A stretch of DNA of 64,000 nt from Promethearchaeota archaeon. GTDB lineage: Archaea; Asgardarchaeota; Lokiarchaeia; Sigyniarchaeales; SOKP01. The position numbers and the translations under genes are program-made. Below, piece by piece: positions 21,380 through 30,007 of the stretch (position 1 is the first letter of the stretch; every line of letters begins with the position of its first letter). The notes under the pieces were generated by a model, which saw only the letters and a program-made list of their open reading frames with translations, had not been told where the DNA came from and did no database searches. The DNA lies in NCBI GenBank assembly GCA_048937405.1, contig JBHLNF010000002.1:32001-96000 (forward strand). The letters are read 5' to 3'.

Positions 21380-21834
21380 TTTTAGTAATGCAAGTTTAAC
21401 TTAGATTTTACTTTTTTATTTATATATTTAAAAGGATAATATATTTGGATAATATATTTGTTATTATCTTTTTAATATTTTAAATAGTTAATTTATGCTT
21501 TAATTATAATAAAATTAATATTTTCATTTCAAGTTTTTGCAAAAATTAAAAAATTCTTTTATAAAATTAACTAATTTTCACTTGATTTATTTATTCTTTT
21601 AGAAATTATTTTTCAAATTATTTATAATAAAAAATTTAGAAAAATTAGATATTGAGAAATCTGTAAGAATTTTAAAAATTATGAACTTTCTACTAATTAA
21701 TTTTTTTTTTCCTTATATCTATTTTTAGCAATACCAGTATAATTAAAATTGGACTAATAATTAACCAAATTATCAATAAAAAAAAGCATTATATTTATCA
21801 AGTACAAAAATGGAATCAAAAGAAGATATCAAAA

Positions 21835-22914
21835 GTGGAACAATCAAAAATTAGACCCGAAATTCTTAAATTAGTAGAAACTAGGCAAAAAATTGAGAGC
21901 CTTGCAACTCAAGAATTTCTTAAACTTGAAGAAAACAAGGGAGTTAATCTAAAAGCATATTTACAGAAAGTAGCAAAAGGAAATGAATTATATCATCAGA
22001 TTGCATGTAATAAGAGTGAAAATATAGAAGAACTCCATAAAATATTATCCTATGAAGATATGCTATTTTTGGCAAGATATTTTCGATTCATCTCCAATTA
22101 TACAGCAAATATGACTTTAGAACGACATCCAGTACCAGAAAGTATAAACGTAGAAGAAATCGATGCTGGAGGTGTTGCGGCAGAATGGCAAATTATTCCT
22201 GAAGCAAAAAATGATAGAGTCCTCTTATATTTTCATGGTGGAGCCATGATTGTAATGTCTCCAAAAACCCACAGATTATTAACAATTGAAATAGCAAAAC
22301 TTACTAAAATGCGTGTATTGAGTGTTGATTATCGTCTTGCACCTGAACATCCACATCCTGCACCTTTAGAAGACTGCGTTAAAGCATATCATTGGCTTCT
22401 TTCCAAGGGATATAAACCTGAAAACATAATTATTGCTGGAGATTCAGCAGGAGGTAGTTTAACACTAACTACTTTACTAAAAGTACGTGATGAAGGTTCA
22501 CCATTACCTTTAGGAGCTGTTACAATGTCACCACATACAGATCATACCACTTTAAGTAGAACTATTTATGAAAATGTTAAATCAGATCCTTTACTATCAA
22601 ATTCAGGTCATTTTTGGTTTTCTCAGGCTTTTTTAGCTGGAGCAGATCCAAAAGAACCATTAGCATCTCCTCTTTTTGCAGATTTAAAGGGGTTGCCTCC
22701 TCTTTTAGTACAGGTTAGTACAAGCGAAATGCTATATGATCATTCAACACGATTTGTAGAAAAAGCTAATGCTGCGGGCGTAAATGTTACATTACAAGAA
22801 TGGGATGGTATGGTCCATGTATTTCAAGGTTATGGGTTAAATATTTTACCTGAAGCTAGAGAAGCATTGAATAAAATTGGTGAATTTATTCAATCTCTAT
22901 TCAACAAAATTTAA
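21835..22914 (+). CDS. Alpha/beta hydrolase (HSL-family esterase/lipase)
   Basis: HGGA, DYRLAPE, GDSAG and HVFQ motifs. Confidence 0.92.
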   Translation: MEQSKIRPEILKLVETRQKIESLATQEFLKLEENKGVNLKAYLQKVAKGNELYHQIACNKSENIEELHKILSYEDMLFLARYFRFISNYTANMTLERHPVPESINVEEIDAGGVAAEWQIIPEAKNDRVLLYFHGGAMIVMSPKTHRLLTIEIAKLTKMRVLSVDYRLAPEHPHPAPLEDCVKAYHWLLSKGYKPENIIIAGDSAGGSLTLTTLLKVRDEGSPLPLGAVTMSPHTDHTTLSRTIYENVKSDPLLSNSGHFWFSQAFLAGADPKEPLASPLFADLKGLPPLLVQVSTSEMLYDHSTRFVEKANAAGVNVTLQEWDGMVHVFQGYGLNILPEAREALNKIGEFIQSLFNKI

Positions 22915-23137
22915 TTTTTATTACTTTTTTTTTGATGAAAAGTAGATTGTTTGTTTTAGAATTAATAAAAATATTATGTTTTTTTTAATCAAATTTAATA
23001 TTAGTTGAAATTTGAATTTGTAATAGATAATCTTTTATATAGCGAGTGTTTTTTATAAAAACTATATCTTTTGGATTCATTTGATATTATTATTGGAAAG
23101 ATTAGTTATTTTGAACTCTGTATTTTATTAAATAGGA

Positions 23138-24367
23138 GTGATTTTTAATAATAGTAACGTGAAATTAACTGAAGTTATCCAAATAAACTATTCATCAGAA
23201 TTATCACACTTATGTCATTTAGCTAAGAATCTTTACAATTTAGCAAATTGGTATGTGAGACAACAGTTCTTTAATCTCAATACTCTCTTATCATATTATG
23301 ATTTAGATTTCATTCTTAATCATAAACAAGCTTATCAGAGCCTTCCTTCTCAAACATCACAACAAATTCTCAAATACGTGAGCAGAAATTGGAAATCTTA
23401 TTTCAGAGGATTAGAAGAATATAAAATAAATTTTAAGAAATTTAAAAAAAAGCCCAAAATTCCACGATATAAGAAGAAAAATGGAGAATTTGTAATAATT
23501 TTCACTAATCAGCAGTGTAAAATTAAGAATGGATATTTGTATTTTCCTAAAAAGGTGAATATAGAACCAGTTAAAACAAGAATCACCGAAAGGTTAAAAG
23601 AAGTGAGGATAGTCCCTTTAGGAATAAAATATAAAATTGAAATTATATATGAAAAAGAAGTGAAGGATTTAAAATTAGATAAAGATCATATATTAAGTAT
23701 TGATTTAGGATTAAATAATCTCATAACTGCGGTAAATAATAATGGATGCAAACCATTTATTGTTAAAGGTGGGCTGATAAAATCCATAAATCAATATTAT
23801 AATAAGCAATTGGCATATTTTAGGCGTATAGAAAATAAAAAAGGCAATTTCACTGATACAAAACGAATTCAAAAACTTCATTTAACTCGAAACAATAAAC
23901 TTACCACCTTATTTCATCGAATCTCAAAGAATGTAATTGAGTATTGTGTTCAAAATAACATTGGGACAATAGTAATAGGATACAATCATGGCTGGAAGCA
24001 AAAAATCAACATAGGAAAACGAAATAATCAGAAATTTGTACAAATCCCTTTCCTGAAATTAGTAAAACAACTCGAATATAAAGCGAAATTGAAAGGTATC
24101 CATGTTTTAACTATTGATGAATGTCATACTTCTAAATGTTCTTTCTTAGATAATGAACCAATTGAAAAACATAAAAAATATGCAGGAAAAAGAATTTCTA
24201 GAGGGCTGTTCAAAACCTCTAAAGGTATTCTACTCAATGCTGATGTGAATGGAGCATATAATATTATGAAAAAAGCATTCCCAAATGCCATATCGGTGGA
24301 TGGGATAGAGGCATTTGGACTAATGCCACAAATACTACAACTTAACATTGTTGATATTAGTATTTGA
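23138..24367 (+). CDS. tnpB: RNA-guided endonuclease TnpB (solo, IS1341-like)
   Basis: LYNLANW..RQ.FF, SIDLGLNN (RuvC-I), E..TSKCS and NADVNGAYNI (RuvC-III); no tnpA adjacent. Confidence 0.93.
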   Translation: MIFNNSNVKLTEVIQINYSSELSHLCHLAKNLYNLANWYVRQQFFNLNTLLSYYDLDFILNHKQAYQSLPSQTSQQILKYVSRNWKSYFRGLEEYKINFKKFKKKPKIPRYKKKNGEFVIIFTNQQCKIKNGYLYFPKKVNIEPVKTRITERLKEVRIVPLGIKYKIEIIYEKEVKDLKLDKDHILSIDLGLNNLITAVNNNGCKPFIVKGGLIKSINQYYNKQLAYFRRIENKKGNFTDTKRIQKLHLTRNNKLTTLFHRISKNVIEYCVQNNIGTIVIGYNHGWKQKINIGKRNNQKFVQIPFLKLVKQLEYKAKLKGIHVLTIDECHTSKCSFLDNEPIEKHKKYAGKRISRGLFKTSKGILLNADVNGAYNIMKKAFPNAISVDGIEAFGLMPQILQLNIVDISI

Positions 24368-24450
24368 AATAAAATGAGTATAATTTTACTTTTTTTAATG
24401 GTCTTGCATTTCCAAGTATGATAGATTTTATCAAGAAAAGCATGCAAAAA
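24270..24450 (+). ncRNA. Putative TnpB omegaRNA/reRNA scaffold
   Basis: Three hairpins overlap the tnpB 3' end: ggcatt/aatgcc (24310-24327), caaatacta..caac/gttg..tagtatttg (24329-24366) and ttgcat..tgata/tatca..atgcaa (24404-24447). Boundaries are approximate. Confidence 0.5.
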
Positions 24451-24662
24451 TACCCTTAATTATTAATCTTTTAAATAAAAATGGTGAAATTTTAATAATA
24501 TTTTACTAGTTTTGTTCTTTTTTTAAATTACTATTTTTAAGGAAAAAACACCTTCTTTTATCATATTTTGAATAAGTATTTAAGATTGATAAATTAAAAA
24601 GTTGTAAAATTTTTAATTCAATACTTTTTCCGTTCTTTTTATATGAAATGATACATAAAAAT

Positions 24663-24697
24663 GTCGGAAATTTTAAAAAAAGTTATTTAAATCCGAC
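24663..24697. promoter_or_regulatory. Inverted repeat (candidate operator) upstream of the hdr-met operon
   Basis: gtcgga...tttaaa...tttaaa tccgac, about 170 bp before hdrC. Confidence 0.35.
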
Positions 24698-24867
24698 TTG
24701 GTAAAAAATATTTAAATACGAAGATCGATCTTAATTATAGTATTGGGAAAAATTATTGGAATGCTTAAAAATATAATAAATACATTATTAAAAATATCAA
24801 TATTTATAAGTTTAGATAATTAGAATCTAAAACATATTAAATAAATTAATGTATAGTCTGAAAAATT

Positions 24868-25374
24868 ATGCAAATGGTTGATTTTGAATTTCGAAATGAG
24901 CTTATAAAAGAAGATTTCTCATTAAATTATTGCTATCAATGTGGAACTTGTTCTAGCTCATGTCCAGTAGCACTCATTACAGAAGGGGAATATAACCCGC
25001 GAAAAATTATTGAACAATCACTTTTAGGCCTTAAAGAGTTGCTTATTAAAGAACAAAAACCTAATATATGGCTGTGCTGTACATGTCAGATGTGTGTAGA
25101 AGAGTGCCCCCAAGATGTTTTTTTGACAGAAATATTTGAAAGAATTAAGAATAAAATAGTATCAGTGGGAGAACCTTATCCGGAGACATTTAAAACGCAA
25201 GCTATAAGTGTACTTGAAAATGGTCTGGCAATTCCATTTACACAACCCATTATTCGTAGGAGAGATCAATTAGAACTTCCAAAAGTGGAGGTTGTTGACG
25301 TTAACGAGATAAAAAAATTACTAGATGCTACTGATTTTAGAAAAAAAATTAATATAATGGAGGCAAGTAAATAA
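24868..25374 (+). CDS. hdrC: Heterodisulfide reductase subunit C
   Basis: CYQCGTCSSSCP and WLCCTCQMC...CP motifs. Confidence 0.92.
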   Translation: MQMVDFEFRNELIKEDFSLNYCYQCGTCSSSCPVALITEGEYNPRKIIEQSLLGLKELLIKEQKPNIWLCCTCQMCVEECPQDVFLTEIFERIKNKIVSVGEPYPETFKTQAISVLENGLAIPFTQPIIRRRDQLELPKVEVVDVNEIKKLLDATDFRKKINIMEASK

Positions 25375-25375
25375 G

Positions 25376-26245
25376 ATGTCTTATAATTATTTTTTAGGGT
25401 GTGTTATTCCTGGAAGGCTTCCATTTTTAGAAGCATCAGCCCGAAAAACATTTGAGAAAATTGGTCTGAAAGTGGGAGATCAAAAAAATTGTTCTTGCTG
25501 TCCAGATCCTACTGGAGCAGCTCAATTGGATCATGAATCATTCTTAGCTTTGGGAGCAAGAAATATATGTATTTTTGAAGAAAGTAAAAAAGGTATATTA
25601 AGTCTTTGTTCTGGGTGTACTGAATCTCTCAAAACAGTAAAGCATATATTAGATAATGATAATGAGAAAAAAAAAGAGATTAATTTGAAATTAAAGGCAA
25701 TTGGGAAGACTTATAAAGGTAATATCGATATTAAGCATTTTGCTGAAGTATTATATGAAAATATTGAAAAGATTGAGAAATTAGTTAAAAATCCATTAAA
25801 GGATTTAAAAGTTGCAGGTCATCCTGGTTGTCACTATTTACGCCCGTCGGAAATAATAAATTGGGATGATCCACTTAATCCTCAAACGTTAGATAAATTA
25901 ATAAAAGTAATTGGAGCAGATCCTGTTGATTATAGTTTGAAGAATGAGTGTTGTGGGAACCCAGTAGAAAAATCTGATAAAGAGATTTCGTTAAATATGC
26001 TAGAAAGTAAACTCAAAAGTATGAAGGAAGCAGGTTCAGACTGTATTGCTGTTGTATGTCCCGCTTGTTATCAACAATTTGATTTCAATCAGAGAGAAAT
26101 AAATAAAAGAAATAATACAGATTATAATTTTCCTGTTTTTTATATTACTGAACTGATTGCTGTAGCTTTAGGAATGAATATTGAAAAACTTGGATTAAAT
26201 TTCCATAGGATTAAAGTTAATGATATTCTACAGAAAATTACTTAA
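25376..26245 (+). CDS. hdrB: Heterodisulfide reductase subunit B
   Basis: FLGC.IP, CCP, C.GC, HPGCH, CCG and CPAC..QFD (two CCG domains). Confidence 0.93.
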   Translation: MSYNYFLGCVIPGRLPFLEASARKTFEKIGLKVGDQKNCSCCPDPTGAAQLDHESFLALGARNICIFEESKKGILSLCSGCTESLKTVKHILDNDNEKKKEINLKLKAIGKTYKGNIDIKHFAEVLYENIEKIEKLVKNPLKDLKVAGHPGCHYLRPSEIINWDDPLNPQTLDKLIKVIGADPVDYSLKNECCGNPVEKSDKEISLNMLESKLKSMKEAGSDCIAVVCPACYQQFDFNQREINKRNNTDYNFPVFYITELIAVALGMNIEKLGLNFHRIKVNDILQKIT

Positions 26246-26265
26246 AATGTAGGAGGTGATCGAAT

Positions 26266-27561
26266 TTGAGTGAGAAATCAAAAAAGGTAATGGTTATTGG
26301 CGGAGGAATCTCCGGAATTCAAGCATCTTTAGATTTAGCTGAAAGAGGTATAGAGGTTGAATTGATTGAAAAAAATGCCTGTATTGGAGGGAGGATGGCT
26401 CAACTTGATAAAACCTTTCCTACAAATGATTGTTCAATCTGTATTTTAGCTCCAAAGTTGGCAGAATGTTTCCGGCATCCGAATATTACTTTACATACGC
26501 TTTCAGAAGTGAAGAATTTATCAGGCCAACCAGGAAATTTTAATGTAAAGATTTTTAAGAAAGCTAGATATGTGAAGGCAGAGAAGTGTATAAATTGCGG
26601 GCAATGTATAGAAAAATGTCCAATGAGGGTAGATGATGAATTTGATATGAAATTAAGAAAACGGAGAGCAATTTATATCGATTATGTTCAAGGAGTTCCC
26701 TCAATAATGACAATAGATCGAGAAAATTGTTTATTTTTCACTAAAAATGCTTGTAGAATTTGTGAAAAAGTATGTGAAAGAGAAGCGATTGATTTCGATC
26801 AAAAGGATAAAGAAATTGAATTAAATGTTGGTTCCATCATCGTAGCAACAGGGTATGATATATTTAACCCAACATCACTAGAATCTTTAGGGTATGGACG
26901 TTATCCCAATGTTGTTACAGCTTTAGAATTTGAAAGATTAATTTGTGCTTCTGGGCCTTTAGGTGGTCACTTGATGAGACCTTCGGATAAAAATGAACCA
27001 ACAAAGTTAGCTTTTATTAATTGTGTGGGTTCAAGGGATATAAAGAATAATCCATATTGTTCATCCTGTTGTTGCATGTATACTACTAAAGAAGCTATGA
27101 TAGCGTTTGAACATAATAATGAAATAGAGACTTCAATATTTTACATCGATCTTCGAGCCGCAGGTAAAGGTTTTCGAGAATATATTCAAAGAGGGGAAAA
27201 TGAATATGCTATTAAATATATTAAAGGGAAGGTAGCAAAGATATTGGAAGACGATCAAAGGAATCCTCTCATTGTTTATGAAGATATTAATACTTCACAA
27301 GTTAAACAGCTTAAATTTGACTTAGTAATTTTAGCTACTACTATGGTACCTAAAAAAGATGCTAAAGATTTATCTAAAATATTAGGAATCAAGGTAAATG
27401 ATTTTAATTTTTTCAAAGCAAACAATTATCAACCACAGATATCCTCTAAGGAAGGAATATTTCTCTGTGGTGCTTGTAGAGAACCAATGGATATTCCAAG
27501 TTCAGTTGTTGATGCAAGTGGAGCGGCTGCTAAAGCAGCTGAAATAGTAATGAGGGGATAA
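26266..27561 (+). CDS. hdrA: HdrA-like flavoprotein, module 1 (FAD domain with inserted 2x[4Fe-4S]; QmoA-like size)
   Basis: VIGGGISG, LDKTFPTNDCSICI, LEFER and CVGSR..YCS..CCMY..K motifs. Confidence 0.9.
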   Translation: MSEKSKKVMVIGGGISGIQASLDLAERGIEVELIEKNACIGGRMAQLDKTFPTNDCSICILAPKLAECFRHPNITLHTLSEVKNLSGQPGNFNVKIFKKARYVKAEKCINCGQCIEKCPMRVDDEFDMKLRKRRAIYIDYVQGVPSIMTIDRENCLFFTKNACRICEKVCEREAIDFDQKDKEIELNVGSIIVATGYDIFNPTSLESLGYGRYPNVVTALEFERLICASGPLGGHLMRPSDKNEPTKLAFINCVGSRDIKNNPYCSSCCCMYTTKEAMIAFEHNNEIETSIFYIDLRAAGKGFREYIQRGENEYAIKYIKGKVAKILEDDQRNPLIVYEDINTSQVKQLKFDLVILATTMVPKKDAKDLSKILGIKVNDFNFFKANNYQPQISSKEGIFLCGACREPMDIPSSVVDASGAAAKAAEIVMRG

Positions 27562-27566
27562 AAAAA

Positions 27567-29234
27567 ATGTCAGATAAAGAAATTAGAATTGGTGTTTTTA
27601 TTTGTCATTGTGGTACTAATATAGGTGGAGTTTTAAATATTGAGGAGTTAACGGATTATACTAAAACTTTACCAAATGTAGTTTATAGTGCTGGTAACCT
27701 TTATACGTGTTCAGAAGTTGGATTAACTGAGATTAGAGAGAATATTAAGGAACATAATCTAAATCGTGTTATTGTAGCATCGTGTTCTCCTCGAACTCAT
27801 GAACCTTTATTTCGAGCAACCTGCCAAGAAGCAGGTCTTAATCCATATTTATTCGAAATGGTTAACATTCGAGATCAAGATTCATGGGTTCATATGAAGG
27901 AACCAGAAAAAGGCACAGAAAAAGCTAAAGATCTCATTAGAATGGGTGTATATAAAGCCACCTTGTTAGAACCATTGGAAAAAATGCAAGTTAGTGTAAT
28001 ACCTTCTGCCGTTGTAATAGGTGGAGGGATTGCAGGAATGAATGCTGCTTTAAATTTAGCAAACCAGAGATTTAAAGTAAGTTTGATAGAAAAAGATTCT
28101 GAATTAGGAGGATTAATTAGACATCTCAATAAAATATATCCTACAAATGAAGATGCTTCAAATTTATTAGAAACAAGAAATTTAGTAGAAAGCCATAAAG
28201 AAATAGATGTATATAAATCTGCAACAATAGAAAAAATTGAAGGGTATGTAGGAAACTTTAAAATTGTTATTCAACAAAATAAAAAAATTATAGAAATTGA
28301 GGCAGGTGCAATTATTGTTGCTACTGGAGCAAAGGCATTATCACCTGAAGGATATTATAATTATAATGGAAAATCCATAATAAGTCAATTAGAATTAGAG
28401 AGATTGTTAAAAGAAAATTCAGTTAATGCTAAAAATATTACAATGATACAATGTGTGGGTTGTAGAAATGAAGAACGAAAATACTGTTCTAATATATGTT
28501 GTATGACCGCTCTTAAAAATGCAATTTTAATCAAAGAACAAAGCCCAGATACTAACATCAACGTAATTTTTAGAGATATGCAAACACAAGGGGTTGTTTA
28601 TGAAGAATACTATAGAAGAGCAAGAGAAATGGGAATATTATTCATAAAATATTTACCAGATAAACCCCCAAATATTAAAAAGAATATTATTGAGGTTTAT
28701 AATGAATTTATGAATCAAGATATCGGTTTTCCCTATGATCTTGTTGTGTTATCGATGCCCCTTATAGCTAATGAAGATTCGGAGAGATTAGCTAAAATGT
28801 TAAAGGTTCCATTAGAAGAGAACAATTTCTTTTTAGAGGCTCATGTGAAATTAAGACCGGTTGACTTTGCTACAGACGGAGTGTTTGTATGTGGTTCTGC
28901 TCATTGGCCAGCAGATATTTCAGAAAGCATATCACAATCAAATGCAGCAGCTTCCAGAGCTAGTACAATTCTTTCTAAAGAAATGCTAGAAGTAGAAGGA
29001 TCTACTGCCGAAGTTAATACTGATTTATGTGTAGGCTGTGAAGCATGTATAAAGATTTGCCCTTATAGTGCAATATCTAAAGATGAAGAAACTGATACAG
29101 TAATAGTTAATAAAGTTGTTTGTAAAGGATGTGGAGTATGTGGTGCAAGTTGTCCACAGAATGCTATTATTATACATCATTTTACATCGGATCAAATTGT
29201 AGCTGAAATTGTAACTTATGGAGGTGGAGAATAG
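27567..29234 (+). CDS. hdrA: HdrA-like flavoprotein, module 2 (N-terminal FeS, FAD and C-terminal ferredoxin domains)
   Basis: GVFICHCG.NI, ASCSPRTHE, NIRDQ, GGGIAG, EAHVKLRP and 2x CxxCxxC motifs. Confidence 0.9.
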   Translation: MSDKEIRIGVFICHCGTNIGGVLNIEELTDYTKTLPNVVYSAGNLYTCSEVGLTEIRENIKEHNLNRVIVASCSPRTHEPLFRATCQEAGLNPYLFEMVNIRDQDSWVHMKEPEKGTEKAKDLIRMGVYKATLLEPLEKMQVSVIPSAVVIGGGIAGMNAALNLANQRFKVSLIEKDSELGGLIRHLNKIYPTNEDASNLLETRNLVESHKEIDVYKSATIEKIEGYVGNFKIVIQQNKKIIEIEAGAIIVATGAKALSPEGYYNYNGKSIISQLELERLLKENSVNAKNITMIQCVGCRNEERKYCSNICCMTALKNAILIKEQSPDTNINVIFRDMQTQGVVYEEYYRRAREMGILFIKYLPDKPPNIKKNIIEVYNEFMNQDIGFPYDLVVLSMPLIANEDSERLAKMLKVPLEENNFFLEAHVKLRPVDFATDGVFVCGSAHWPADISESISQSNAAASRASTILSKEMLEVEGSTAEVNTDLCVGCEACIKICPYSAISKDEETDTVIVNKVVCKGCGVCGASCPQNAIIIHHFTSDQIVAEIVTYGGGE

Positions 29235-30005
29235 ATGGAATTTGAACCAAAAATTTTGGGTTTTTTATGTAATTGGTGTTCCTATGCAGGTGCAGACCTC
29301 GCAGGAGTTAGTCGAATCCAATATCCTACTAATGTCAGAGTTATCCGTGTGATGTGTTCGGGTAGAGTAGATCCTGTATTTATAGCTGAAGCATTTATGA
29401 ATGGTATTGATGGAGTTCTTGTTTTAGGATGTCATTTAGGAGATTGTCATTATATAAGTGGAAATTATGAAGCAGAATTAAAAATGAAAATGTTAAGCAA
29501 AACATTAGCATTGATAAATTTTGCAGATCGAGTACGTCTTGATTGGGTTTCAGCATCAGAAGGAAATAGATTCGCTCAAATAGTTACTGATTTTACTGAA
29601 CATATCCGTAAATTAGGACCATCACCAGTTAAAGATGATAAATTAAAGAAAGAAATTCTGGATAATTTGAGTGCCACTAAATTTGCTTTATGTGATTCAC
29701 GTCTAAGAGCTTTAGTTGCACGTCAAAGGGAATTAACAACAGAGGGAAATGTATATGGGGACATAATTCCTATCGAAGAATTCGATGAAATACTTGATAG
29801 CGCTATTGAAAATGAGTTAATTCGTCATAAAATTTTAGAAAAAATTAAGAAAGAAGGAAAATCTGTTCCAGATATCGCAAAAGAAATTAAAGTAGAACCT
29901 CATAAGGTATTACAGCATATAGTAACTCTTCGAGCTCGCGGTTTAGTTGATCTCGATCAAATAAATGAAGAAATTCCCACTTTTATTTCGATTAAAGAGG
30001 TTTAG
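29235..30005 (+). CDS. mvhD: MvhD/FlpD [2Fe-2S] subunit with C-terminal winged-helix extension
   Basis: FLCNWCSYAGAD, RVMCSGR, GCHLGDCHY and WVSASEG motifs, plus a ~120-aa tail. Confidence 0.9.
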   Translation: MEFEPKILGFLCNWCSYAGADLAGVSRIQYPTNVRVIRVMCSGRVDPVFIAEAFMNGIDGVLVLGCHLGDCHYISGNYEAELKMKMLSKTLALINFADRVRLDWVSASEGNRFAQIVTDFTEHIRKLGPSPVKDDKLKKEILDNLSATKFALCDSRLRALVARQRELTTEGNVYGDIIPIEEFDEILDSAIENELIRHKILEKIKKEGKSVPDIAKEIKVEPHKVLQHIVTLRARGLVDLDQINEEIPTFISIKEV

Positions 30006-30007
30006 AT

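Noticed and set aside
23324-23335. 12-nt match (aaacaagcttat) between tnpB and the iorB insert
   Set aside because: A match of this length is plausible by chance in 64 kb of AT-rich DNA.
23138-24367. Nuclease-dead TldR-type regulator of the hdr operon
   Set aside because: Both RuvC Asp residues and the alternative Glu are present.
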